Shown here piece after piece: positions 37,985-46,254 of a stretch of DNA of 55,383 nt. Under the pieces are notes generated by a model. It had not been told where the DNA came from, ran no database searches, and was given only the letters and a program-made list of their open reading frames with translations. The position numbers and the translations under genes are program-made. The stretch lies in IMG/VR virus record IMGVR_UViG_3300042923_000371, positions 1-55,383 of that record, one strand, 5' to 3'. Source of the stretch: a virus. Lineage: Duplodnaviria; Caudoviricetes. The stretch's first letter is position 1. Every line of letters starts with the position of its first letter.

Positions 37985-38014
37985 TTGTATCTTTTTTGTT
38001 TTTAGTGTTATACT
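37985..38014 (+). promoter_or_regulatory. Sigma-A promoter of the moron gene
   Basis: TTGTAT-N18-TATACT with extended TG. Confidence 0.55.
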
Positions 38015-38041
38015 ATATAAAAAAGGTGGAGGGAAATACTA

Positions 38042-38707
38042 ATGAAAAATAAAATTAAAATTTTAGTTATCGTTTTTGCTTTAATTCTGACAACTCCTGT
38101 ATTAGCTGATAGCATCATGGAATCAATAAATGTAGTTATGAACACTGTTAAGGTCCAAGTCAACGGTCAAGACTTAAATTCTGAATCTATATTATATAAT
38201 GGAACAACTTATCTTCCTTTAAGAAAGGTTGCTGAATCTGTGGGAAAAGATGTTGCTTGGAATCAAGAAACTATGACAGCAAATATTGTTGATAAAGATT
38301 TACCGGGTGTTATTACAAGTGGATTTAGTGATGATAGTTATATGGCAGACTTTACTGATGGCTTTGGCATTATGCTAAGCATTAATAAAGAAACAAGAAC
38401 TGCTACTGAATTAAAAGCTAAAGAAGGTATTGTTTTAGGCACATATACTAAAGAAATAAAAGATAAATCCACCATTACTAAACCAACTATTACAGGTTTT
38501 AAAGATGGAAACAGAATCAATCCTGTTAAGTATGAAACGTATAGTTTAATTATTCCACAACAATTTAAAGAAGGTTTTCATAAGGTAGATTTCTTTGAAA
38601 ACTTCAATAATGATTCTGATTCTATTGGTGCTATTTACTTCAATGACAATGTTGATAGTATTTATTATGATGACGGAATACATAAATGCAAATTATACTT
38701 TAAATAG
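38042..38707 (+). CDS. Secreted stalk-domain (copper-amine-oxidase-N-like) surface protein; moron
   Basis: Signal peptide; YNGTTYLPLRKVAESVGKDVAW motif; own promoter and terminator. Confidence 0.8.
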   Translation: MKNKIKILVIVFALILTTPVLADSIMESINVVMNTVKVQVNGQDLNSESILYNGTTYLPLRKVAESVGKDVAWNQETMTANIVDKDLPGVITSGFSDDSYMADFTDGFGIMLSINKETRTATELKAKEGIVLGTYTKEIKDKSTITKPTITGFKDGNRINPVKYETYSLIIPQQFKEGFHKVDFFENFNNDSDSIGAIYFNDNVDSIYYDDGIHKCKLYFK

Positions 38708-38719
38708 TAGTAAGCTTAC

Positions 38720-38745
38720 GAGGGCAGATGTCGCCCTCTTTTTTT
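38720..38745 (+). terminator. Rho-independent terminator
   Basis: GAGGGC/GCCCTC plus T7. Confidence 0.75.
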
Positions 38746-38778
38746 ATGCCTAAAAATATTTTTTAATATTATTTGGTA

Positions 38779-38805
38779 ACATTTTTATTTAGTAGTCATA
38801 TTATA
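38779..38805 (+). promoter_or_regulatory. Sigma-K-type sporulation promoter
   Basis: AC-N16-CATATTATA fits the Bacillota sigma-K consensus AC-N16/17-CATANNNTA. Confidence 0.5.
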
Positions 38806-38842
38806 CCGTATCAATTAATATTAATTAGTAAGGAGGTGCGAA

Positions 38843-39016
38843 ATGCCTAAACCGTTGCATTTAACTTTTAAGAAAGAAGAACAAGAAATATACGATTGGT
38901 TATGTTCACATTCCACTAAAGGAGGTTATATCAAAGATTTAATTAAAGCTGATATGTTGGCACATAAGAAAAGTAGTCAAAAGGTAATGAAAGGTTTTTT
39001 AACCTTAGAAGAATAA
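38843..39016 (+). CDS. 57-aa RHH-like DNA-binding protein MPKPLHLTFKKEEQEIYDWL...YIKDLI
   Basis: Below the ORF cutoff; AAGGAGGT RBS; strand-helix-helix pattern. Confidence 0.7.
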   Translation: MPKPLHLTFKKEEQEIYDWLCSHSTKGGYIKDLIKADMLAHKKSSQKVMKGFLTLEE

Positions 39017-39124
39017 TATAAACTCCCCCAGCCGACCAAAGCATACAGGGGAGAACACACAAGGGTGTTTTTTATATGTTAACAAATAGCTTGTCTTATG
39101 TGTGTCGAATTATAGGAGGGTATT

Positions 39125-39313
39125 ATGAAAGAAATTATTACCAAAAGAATTAAACAATTAGAAAAGGAACTTAAAGCACTTGAAAATAAACGTATAACCA
39201 TGAATGACGTTGATTTATATAGAGAAGTTTATATTGAAATTACTTTACACAAAACGCAGATTAATTTATTAAATCAGATGCTAGAGCAAGAGAATTTTCA
39301 AATTGTTTTATAG
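39125..39313 (+). CDS. Hypothetical coiled-coil protein
   Basis: AGGAGG RBS. Confidence 0.65.
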   Translation: MKEIITKRIKQLEKELKALENKRITMNDVDLYREVYIEITLHKTQINLLNQMLEQENFQIVL

Positions 39314-39323
39314 GAGTGAGTAT

Positions 39324-39524
39324 ATGAGTAAGCTTGAAAAGTATATTAAAAATATTTGTTATGATGCTTTAGAAAACTCAATAGAAAAATCTAACAAGAA
39401 AGGTATTAAATATTTACGTTGGGAAATTGAGAACGGTGTTATTGACAAAGACCAATTTAACATAAAACTATATGGCACTACTGATGAATATAAAATTAAA
39501 CAATTAAGGAAGAAAATTACATGA
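39324..39524 (+). CDS. Hypothetical protein
   Basis: ORF 39303..39524; probable ATG at 39324 after AGGAG. Confidence 0.6.
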   Translation: MSKLEKYIKNICYDALENSIEKSNKKGIKYLRWEIENGVIDKDQFNIKLYGTTDEYKIKQLRKKIT

Positions 39525-39658
39525 GGAAAACAACGCAAAATGATTTTGTTCAGAACTGCACTCCACATCCGTTTCGTTTGTTCTGATAAGTTCATTTTAA
39601 ATTTGTCCTTATGTTGATATAACAATATCATATTATTCAAATATATTTGAATGAGTGA

Positions 39659-40132
39659 TTGAATACTTGCTTGAAGGAGGTAATTAATATTAATTCGTAT
39701 AAAATAGCAGAAAAAGAAATGTACACATTCTTAGGAAGTTTAGGTTTATTGTTTGCAAACAATATAATATATTTTATGCCACAAATTTTATTGATTAGTT
39801 TAACAGCTTTGTCAGGTGGCATGATGATAAATGTATTTATAGAGAGTAAATGGAAAACACTTTTTACAAATTTAGGTCTTGTTAATACGCAAAAGCAAAC
39901 TCCAAAGCTGATTAGAAAAGAAAAAAATGACCTTGGAGATAGGTATATATTTACGATTCCAGAAGGTTATTGTTTAAGCGATTTTGAAAAAGTACACGAA
40001 GAATTAGAAGTGGCATTGTGTAAGTCTTTAAAGCTTGATTTGACGAAAGATTTTAACATAGCAATGCAAATATTCGATGCTGAATATAAAAGCGTTTATA
40101 AGCCTAATAAGGAGGTATATTTGAATGAATAA
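39659..40132 (+). CDS. Membrane protein, N-terminal partner of a split FtsK/SpoIIIE
   Basis: Two TM helices, then PKLIRK...YIFTIPEGYCLSDF; overlaps the ATPase gene; start uncertain. Confidence 0.65.
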   Translation: MNTCLKEVININSYKIAEKEMYTFLGSLGLLFANNIIYFMPQILLISLTALSGGMMINVFIESKWKTLFTNLGLVNTQKQTPKLIRKEKNDLGDRYIFTIPEGYCLSDFEKVHEELEVALCKSLKLDLTKDFNIAMQIFDAEYKSVYKPNKEVYLNE

Positions 40133-40931
40133 AATGATTTATGCAATAGGGGTAACAATCACAGCTAAAGGTGAAGCGATAGTTTATATTGACCTAGAAA
40201 ATCAACCTCATGTGTTAGTTGGTGGAATAACAGGCAGCGGAAAGACTACATTTTTGAAATGCTTATTGACAGGTATGGTATTAAATGATGTTGACATTAT
40301 TATAATTGATATGAAAATGGGAGGAGATTACAACGTATTCAGATACTATAAGAATCTGAAAGCATTTGTCAAAACAGTTGCCGAAGCTGATGTTGTTATT
40401 GAAAAAATCAAAGCTATAAAAGATGAAAGATTTTCTATGCTTGATAAAACTAACTGTAAAGATTTTACAGATTATAACCTAAAACATAACAATGAAATGA
40501 AACCTTTAGTTATTCTGATTGAGGAATATACCATGCTATCTAAAGACAAAAATTTTAACAATGAATTGAATATCATTTTAGCACAGGCTAGAGCAGTAAA
40601 TATAAAAGTTATTCTTTCAGTGCAACGTCCTTGTCAAGATAATTTAGATTCTAGGCTAAAAGCTAACCTTAATCATACGGTAGCGTTTAAGGTAAAGAAT
40701 ACTTATAACAGTGAAATATTGCTTGATAAAGGTGACTTAAGGGCGGTAAAAGATTTACACGGTAGCGGTGAAGCTATACTCTCAAACGATACCCAAGATG
40801 TTATGTTTAAAAGTTTTTTCTTAGAAGATAGAGAAATTAAAAAAATGATAAGGGATAGATTAAATTACAATAAACGTGTTGTTGTTAGGGAAACTGTTCA
40901 AGCAAAGGATGCTAAAGAAGGAATAATATGA
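40125..40931 (+). CDS. FtsK/SpoIIIE-family ATPase
   Basis: PHVLVGGITGSGKT Walker A, IDMK, ILIEE, QARA...QRP. Confidence 0.9.
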   Translation: MNKMIYAIGVTITAKGEAIVYIDLENQPHVLVGGITGSGKTTFLKCLLTGMVLNDVDIIIIDMKMGGDYNVFRYYKNLKAFVKTVAEADVVIEKIKAIKDERFSMLDKTNCKDFTDYNLKHNNEMKPLVILIEEYTMLSKDKNFNNELNIILAQARAVNIKVILSVQRPCQDNLDSRLKANLNHTVAFKVKNTYNSEILLDKGDLRAVKDLHGSGEAILSNDTQDVMFKSFFLEDREIKKMIRDRLNYNKRVVVRETVQAKDAKEGII

Positions 40932-41431
40932 TTACTGATAGAGATTGGAATGTAGTTGAATTTGTTACTAAAATTCCTTGTTATACAGATACTTTAATAA
41001 AATTATTCTATCCTACTTCTGAAAGAAACGGTTACAACAGATTGGCTTTTCTGCATGACTATTTGTATCTAAAACGTACTAGGCATGGAGCCAATGACAG
41101 ATATTTTTATTTCACTAAAAAGGAACCAGCACAAAAGAAGCATCTTGATTTATTGGCAAAAACTTATTTGTGGTTAATTAACAATGGTTATACAGTTGAT
41201 ATTTTGACCGTACAAACACAAATAGGTAACATACGACCAGACATGACTTGCACGATAGAACGTAATGGTAAGAGTGTTATAATGGCTGTGGAGATACAAA
41301 GAATGTTTGATAGTGAGAAAATAAAGAAGTATGAGGAATCAGAATTTAAAAAACTGTTATATGTATCAGATAAAAAATTGGTAAGTAATAAGATAGAGGT
41401 AATCAATCTAAACAAAAAAGAACTGCCATAA
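40928..41431 (+). CDS. Replication-relaxation family protein (wHTH + PD-(D/E)xK)
   Basis: ITDRD start, H.L, IRPD...AVEIQR; directly after FtsK. Confidence 0.7.
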   Translation: MITDRDWNVVEFVTKIPCYTDTLIKLFYPTSERNGYNRLAFLHDYLYLKRTRHGANDRYFYFTKKEPAQKKHLDLLAKTYLWLINNGYTVDILTVQTQIGNIRPDMTCTIERNGKSVIMAVEIQRMFDSEKIKKYEESEFKKLLYVSDKKLVSNKIEVINLNKKELP

Positions 41432-41447
41432 AAAGCAGTCCTTTTTT
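41415..41447. terminator. Bidirectional terminator
   Basis: AAAAAGAACTGC/GCAGTCCTTTTTT. Confidence 0.55.
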
Positions 41448-41490
41448 GTTAATTTTTAGCTTGAAAATTTCCAATAAGTCAGTATAATAT

Positions 41491-41748
41491 AACTAACAGC
41501 ATATGGATTGTAGCAACTCATAACTAACAAATAGCCTTAAAACCGTTGAAAATACTACATACCGTTTTCATTGGTAATGAAGAGGTCGGCAGTTCGAGTC
41601 TGCTCGTAAGCTCTTTTTTTATGCCTTTTTAAACTAACATAATGTTGAAATTTCAATACTTGTAAGAAATTTTCATTCTATACGGAACGTATCAATTGAA
41701 ATATATGCTGATACTATGCGTATCATACAATTACACATAACTAACAAA
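41491..41748 (+). repeat. Candidate integrase arm sites AACTAACA
   Basis: Copies at 41491, 41522, 41632 and 41739 flank the core; CATAACTAACAAA occurs twice. Confidence 0.55.
41567..41613 (+). other. attP core: 3' part of tRNA-Thr(GGT)
   Basis: TTCA-TTGGTAA-TGAAG anticodon arm, AGGTC, GGCAG-TTCGAGT-CTGCT T-arm, CGTAAGC-TC; no 5' half; about 170 bp from the integrase stop. Confidence 0.88.
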
Positions 41749-41785
41749 CAGCTACAAATATCTTAAAAAAATAAATAACTTTTAG

Positions 41786-42868
41786 TTATTCCATTTTTTC
41801 CATTTGTTCATGTAAGAATTTAGCATTAATATCAACGTATTGTTTTTTAGTAAAGTTAATGTCTGTATGACCCATCATATCTTCGATAGCTTTATCGTCT
41901 AGTCCTGCCATTTTCATCTTACTTGCAGCAGTATGTCTAAATGAGTTTACACCATAGTCATTTAATTTTAATCGTTCAACTAAAGGTTGATGATAGTATT
42001 CTCGATAGTATTCATATCGCACTTTTTCGCCATCTTTAGTAAATAAATATTTCGACTCAGGGAATTCATTATAAAAATACTTAATATAAGGCATTACTTT
42101 AGAGTGAATAGCAATTAATCTGTCTGTTCCTTTCTCAGTCTTGCCACCACCAATAATCAATCCGTTTTCTAGGTCTATATTTTTATCTTTTTTAAGGTCT
42201 AAAAATTCATTTATCCTCAATCCTGTATAAGCCAAGATTAATGATGATTTAGCAATTCTATCATCATCATTCTTAAACAGAGTGTCAATATCTTCTTCTG
42301 GAAATGCAGTAACCTTGCCTGGCTTAATGCCCCTTAAACTGATAAATTGGGCATAATTCACGTTTAACAGCTTATACTTAATTAATTCATCATACATTCG
42401 CTTTATCAAACCTTTAATGCGTGTTAATTTACCATGTGATGATTTTGCATCAGGGTCATCGATTAGATTATCAATTATATCCTGAAAGTCCATATAGTTT
42501 AATGAATACAATGATTTGTTTTTTAAAGATTCTAAAGGATAATATGAAGCATTCAAGCTATTCATGTAATCTTTATTTCGATTTTCCTTTTCGCATTCTT
42601 TTACAATTATCTTAAATATTTCATCGATTGTTGTTTTTTCACTTACCTTTTCGCTTATAGAAGGAACATAATCTAATAATGCTTTCATAGCTTCATCATG
42701 TTCTTCAAAGTACCCTATTATATGTTTTATTTGTTTGCTCTTTGATTCTTCTGTTTCATCTGTCCAACCTTTTGTTACACAAGCTACCCATGGTCTGCGT
42801 CTATTCCCTGATAGTCGATAGACCGTCCCTGAACCATTCAGCCTACGGTAATTTTTCTTTCGTGCCAT
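41786..42868 (-). CDS. int: Phage integrase (tyrosine recombinase)
   Basis: NGSGTVYRLSGNRRRPW arm-binding start, YTGLRINE, KT, SFRHT, MGH...Y; adjacent to attP. Confidence 0.93.
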   Translation of the reverse strand: MARKKNYRRLNGSGTVYRLSGNRRRPWVACVTKGWTDETEESKSKQIKHIIGYFEEHDEAMKALLDYVPSISEKVSEKTTIDEIFKIIVKECEKENRNKDYMNSLNASYYPLESLKNKSLYSLNYMDFQDIIDNLIDDPDAKSSHGKLTRIKGLIKRMYDELIKYKLLNVNYAQFISLRGIKPGKVTAFPEEDIDTLFKNDDDRIAKSSLILAYTGLRINEFLDLKKDKNIDLENGLIIGGGKTEKGTDRLIAIHSKVMPYIKYFYNEFPESKYLFTKDGEKVRYEYYREYYHQPLVERLKLNDYGVNSFRHTAASKMKMAGLDDKAIEDMMGHTDINFTKKQYVDINAKFLHEQMEKME

Positions 42869-42945
42869 ATTTCCTCCTTTTAATATTACTTGTCTTATAT
42901 TATAACACGTTTCGTATAAAATTAAACAAAAAAATAAAAGTAGTC

Positions 42946-43260
42946 TTAGTAACCACTTTTAATATACTTTTTAATGTCAACTATCCGTTTTTCAATGTCA
43001 ATCATTTGCTTTTCAATTTCTTCAATATCTTTTACTAACTTCCCCCTATCGATATTTTTAGTTTCTTTTCCTATAAGATAGTCGATAGAAGTTTCATAAA
43101 AAGATGAAAGTTTAATTAAAGTTTTCAACCCAGGCATTCTATAACCATTTTCATAAGAACTTAAAGTTGATGCTTTTATCCCAATTTGTTTAGCTGATTC
43201 TTGAAGTGTTAAGTTTTTTTCGTTCCGTAACTTTTTTAATTTCTCCCCAAATGCTTTCAT
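42946..43260 (-). CDS. XRE-family HTH regulator with coiled-coil tail
   Basis: LKKLR...STLSSYENGYRMP...SIDYLIG. Confidence 0.85.
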   Translation of the reverse strand: MKAFGEKLKKLRNEKNLTLQESAKQIGIKASTLSSYENGYRMPGLKTLIKLSSFYETSIDYLIGKETKNIDRGKLVKDIEEIEKQMIDIEKRIVDIKKYIKSGY

Positions 43261-43432
43261 AATAAAAAATCATAGCATAAAATATGGAAATTTTCAAATT
43301 TATTTACGAATTGTATAAATTATATATTGATTTTATACATTCAAGCTGTTAAACTATAAATAAGTAAATTTCGACAAACACACCCTTAAATTATGAGAAG
43401 GTTTGCCGAATGATATTTTAGAGGGAAATACA

Positions 43433-43480
43433 TTGACTTTTTTATAATTCTAAATTATAATTAAGTCGAACAAACATTCG
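43433..43480 (+). promoter_or_regulatory. Sigma-A promoter with overlapping LexA (SOS/Cheo) box
   Basis: TTGACT-N17-TATAAT; CGAACAAACATTCG at 43467-43480 (consensus CGAAC-N4-GTTCG, one mismatch). Confidence 0.7.
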
Positions 43481-43506
43481 ATACTTAATGTAACTAGGGG
43501 GAAAGG

Positions 43507-43650
43507 ATGGATAACGAGGATAGGTGTGCAATGTTACTAAGGGATATTAACATCTTATTGACAAAAATACCCCAAGATGAAGAATATTTAATCTTCATCA
43601 AAAAATTAATCAAATCTTACATATCATTAAAAAAACAGCACTTATTATAA
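43507..43650 (+). CDS. 47-aa SOS-regulated protein, candidate antirepressor
   Basis: Below the ORF cutoff; purine-rich RBS (GGGGG-AAAGG); MDNEDRCAMLLRDINILLTKIPQDEEYLIFIKKLIKSYISLKKQHLL. Confidence 0.65.
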   Translation: MDNEDRCAMLLRDINILLTKIPQDEEYLIFIKKLIKSYISLKKQHLL

Positions 43651-43661
43651 GTGCTGTTTTT
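43631..43661. terminator. Bidirectional terminator
   Basis: Perfect AAAAACAGCACTTA/TAAGTGCTGTTTTT between convergent genes. Confidence 0.8.
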
Positions 43662-44016
43662 ATTTTATAACCTTATGCCATGCGATAATTTCTTCATGCG
43701 AAAGCTTTGATAATTTAATTATAAGTTCATTTAATTTAGTATCTTTTTTCATCATTAAAATATTAATTGCATCTGTTAGTGTGTGGTCATCATTATCTAT
43801 AAAAGTATATAATCTTTTTATATCAGTCTTTCCTAGCAAATAATCAGTATCAACATTAAAATAATCAGCGAAAATTTCCAGTGTTTCAAGATTAGGTTCA
43901 CGAATACCTTTTTCATAATGAGATAATAAACTTCTATTTATTCCTGTCTTGTCTGATAATTCTTGTTGTGTTAATGTTGATTCTGTTCTTAATAGTCTTA
44001 ATCTATCCTTAAACAT
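43660..44016 (-). CDS. CI-like repressor (XRE HTH, no S24 peptidase domain)
   Basis: LTQQELS...SHYEKGIREP...FNVDTDYLLG; divergent from the Cro-like gene. Confidence 0.85.
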   Translation of the reverse strand: MFKDRLRLLRTESTLTQQELSDKTGINRSLLSHYEKGIREPNLETLEIFADYFNVDTDYLLGKTDIKRLYTFIDNDDHTLTDAINILMMKKDTKLNELIIKLSKLSHEEIIAWHKVIK

Positions 44017-44057
44017 ATAATCTTCCTTCTTTTTAGATTTAGTTTCCTTTTACATTA

Positions 44058-44177
44058 TACACAAATCGTATCAAAATAAAAGCAAAAAGTTACACAAATT
44101 GTATTACGTTTTCTTAACAATATTTTACTTGATACTTTAAGTAACAATAACTATAATAAAATTATACAATAAGTAAC
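44058..44177. promoter_or_regulatory. Genetic switch: rightward promoter and operator repeats
   Basis: TTGATA-N17-TATAAT (44129-44157); ATAC-N5-GTAAC-type sites at 44131 and 44163, related sites at 44058 and 44091, a further copy at 44407-44421. Confidence 0.7.
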
Positions 44178-44199
44178 AATAAAACTAAGGAGGAAAAAA

Positions 44200-44439
44200 A
44201 TGGACAAACTAATTATTGCCAAAAGATTAAAAAATATTCGCAAAGAACAAAAGATTTCACGAGAAAAGGTAGTCGAGGACTTGGGCATCAGTTATTCAGC
44301 ACTTTCAGCCTATGAAATAGGTCAAAGAATCCCAAGAGATTACATAAAATTAAAGCTAGCAGAGTATTACAAAACTACTGTACAAGCTATTTTTTTTACC
44401 CCCGATGATACAATTTGTAACATTGAGGAGGAGATATGA
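44200..44439 (+). CDS. Cro-like XRE HTH protein
   Basis: SALSAYEIGQRIPRD...YKTTVQAIFF. Confidence 0.85.
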   Translation: MDKLIIAKRLKNIRKEQKISREKVVEDLGISYSALSAYEIGQRIPRDYIKLKLAEYYKTTVQAIFFTPDDTICNIEEEI

Positions 44440-44633
44440 AAGTAACAGTAAGTAAAGCAGCACAGTTATTAGGAATGTCTACACAAGGTTTGCGAATTGC
44501 GATGCAGAGAGGAAAATTTACTTACTTTGGTGAAGCATGGAAGAATGAAGAAAAATGGACTTACTACATAAATGATAACAGGTTAAAAGAATACATAGGA
44601 ACAGAACACCTGAACAACGAGAAAAAAAACTAA
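44436..44633 (+). CDS. Excisionase-like HTH protein
   Basis: TVSKAAQLLGMS.Q.LR..MQRG. Confidence 0.6.
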   Translation: MKVTVSKAAQLLGMSTQGLRIAMQRGKFTYFGEAWKNEEKWTYYINDNRLKEYIGTEHLNNEKKN

Positions 44634-44648
44634 AACCAAGGAGGAAAA

Positions 44649-44813
44649 ATGACCTACAAAGAACTATGGAAGAAACAAAACCCTGACAAGAATTTTGACA
44701 CAGCAGGTTGCAGAGATTATGAATTTTCAGAACTCTTGCAAGTGTCTAAAAACTGTGATGACAAAAGATGTACAAGTTGTTGGGATGAAGAATGCGAGAA
44801 GGAGGAGGAATAA
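44649..44813 (+). CDS. 54-aa Cys-rich protein
   Basis: Below the ORF cutoff; AAGGAGG RBS; C...CTSCW. Confidence 0.6.
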   Translation: MTYKELWKKQNPDKNFDTAGCRDYEFSELLQVSKNCDDKRCTSCWDEECEKEEE

Positions 44814-44815
44814 AA

Positions 44816-44953
44816 ATGCCTGTTGGATATTCCAGTACGTTGTCATTAAGCAGAATATTTTCAAAATACCCAAGTTTTAGTAATTATATTGAACGTATAA
44901 GCAAACGCAGAAAGAAAAAGCCTAGTTGGAATCAGAAGAAAAGAAAAAGATAG
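44816..44953 (+). CDS. 45-aa highly basic peptide
   Basis: GGAGG RBS; ends SKRRKKKPSWNQKKRKR. Confidence 0.45.
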   Translation: MPVGYSSTLSLSRIFSKYPSFSNYIERISKRRKKKPSWNQKKRKR

Positions 44954-44962
44954 GGAGGACAA

Positions 44963-45205
44963 ATGAAAATATTTTTATTCTATGTAAACATTGGATTGGC
45001 AATTTCAATTATTGAATTGATTTTCTTAAAAAATGAGCAAGGTAAGGAATTATTTGAAAAAGTAAGGGACTTTTTAAATATAGGTGGAACGATAGCAATG
45101 CTTTGCTTGGTACTGATTGTCTTTCCTATAACAGTATTATTAGCCCCAATAAATCTCATTTCAAGATTTATCAATACGCTAATCAAATTAATTAAAAAAA
45201 GTTAA
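44963..45205 (+). CDS. Membrane protein
   Basis: Two hydrophobic segments; GGAGG RBS. Confidence 0.65.
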   Translation: MKIFLFYVNIGLAISIIELIFLKNEQGKELFEKVRDFLNIGGTIAMLCLVLIVFPITVLLAPINLISRFINTLIKLIKKS

Positions 45206-45229
45206 AAGATAGGAGGAATATATAAGACA

Positions 45230-45484
45230 ATGGATAAACCTGAATTAATCAGTTCTTGGGAAGAACTTAAAGAAGTAAAATCACCAACGCATGATTTAGA
45301 TATTGATTTAGAGCATTGCAATGGCTGGATAAATCCCAAAAATGGCGATGAGGATAGTTGGGAAGGCAGATACTACTTATCTACACATACGTTTTATGGT
45401 AGTCAATTTAAACAATCTACGGAGATATTACAAGCGTGTGGTTTTAATGTTGAGTTAGCAAATTGGGATGAAGAGGAGGAATAA
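45230..45484 (+). CDS. Hypothetical protein
   Basis: YYLSTHTFYG motif; AGGAGG RBS. Confidence 0.7.
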   Translation: MDKPELISSWEELKEVKSPTHDLDIDLEHCNGWINPKNGDEDSWEGRYYLSTHTFYGSQFKQSTEILQACGFNVELANWDEEEE

Positions 45485-45486
45485 CC

Positions 45487-45669
45487 GTGAAACGCATATG
45501 TTCTAAATGCTCTAGACCGTGGAGTGTAAGCAATCGGAACAAAGACGGAAAGTATATATGTCCTTATTGTAATAAAAAAAGACCGCTTCTTTGTGAGAGG
45601 GGAAGCAGCCAAAACAAAAACTATCAAGACAATTATAAGCAATTAGCTAGTAGTTGTCAAGTGAGGTAA
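45487..45669 (+). CDS. Zn-ribbon small protein
   Basis: CSKC...YICPYC. Confidence 0.55.
   Translation: MKRICSKCSRPWSVSNRNKDGKYICPYCNKKRPLLCERGSSQNKNYQDNYKQLASSCQVR
45574..45660 (-). ncRNA. Antisense sRNA unit (consensus promoter + terminator)
   Basis: Minus strand TTGACA(45660-45655)-N17-TATAAT(45637-45632), then stem GGCUGCUUC/GAAGCGGUC plus U7. Confidence 0.6.
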
Positions 45670-45671
45670 AT

Positions 45672-46247
45672 ATGAAACTTACGGAAGAAGAAAAGAAAAA
45701 GGTTGAAGATAACTTAGCATTAGTGAATTACCTAATTAAAAAATATTCGTTTGCCTTAAATGGCAGTTATGATGACTATTTTCAAGCTGGTGCATATGGA
45801 CTGTGTTTAGCAGTTAAGCGATTTGATGAAAGCAGAGGAACGGAATTTAGCACGTTTGCATCAATGTACATTATCGGCTATCTAAAAAGATATTACAGAG
45901 ATTTTTCTCATGGTCCTGTTAGACCGCCTAGGAGCAGTTTTGATAATGACAACAAGCCTACATATCTGTACATAGACGGATTGATGAACGATGAAACGAA
46001 TGATTGCTTTAGCGGTTACGATTTTATAGATGCCGGAGAAGAAAGCAAAGAGAATGAAGTAATCACCAAGATAGTGTTTAAAGAAGCTAGAAACAAGCTT
46101 AAAGAACGTGAAAAGGATATTTTTGATTTACTATCCAAAGGTGCTACACAAGTGAAAATTGCTGATGAATTAAAAATATCACAAGCACAGGTAAGCAGAA
46201 TACAAAAGAAAATCAAAGCTAAAGTTAACAACTTTATAAGGAGTTGA
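45672..46247 (+). CDS. RNA polymerase sigma factor, SigF/SigG/SigB-like
   Basis: NLALV, DDYFQAGAYGL..AV.RFD..RG..FSTFA..YI.G, TQ..IA.EL.ISQAQVSRI. Confidence 0.88.
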   Translation: MKLTEEEKKKVEDNLALVNYLIKKYSFALNGSYDDYFQAGAYGLCLAVKRFDESRGTEFSTFASMYIIGYLKRYYRDFSHGPVRPPRSSFDNDNKPTYLYIDGLMNDETNDCFSGYDFIDAGEESKENEVITKIVFKEARNKLKEREKDIFDLLSKGATQVKIADELKISQAQVSRIQKKIKAKVNNFIRS

Positions 46248-46254
46248 TACGGAA

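Noticed and set aside
41567-41613. Functional tRNA gene
   Set aside because: The 5' acceptor strand and D-arm are missing; interpreted as the attP core.
44695-44880. 61-aa ORF in the track
   Set aside because: Overlaps two shorter ORFs (44649..44813 and 44816..44953) that have clear GGAGG RBSs.
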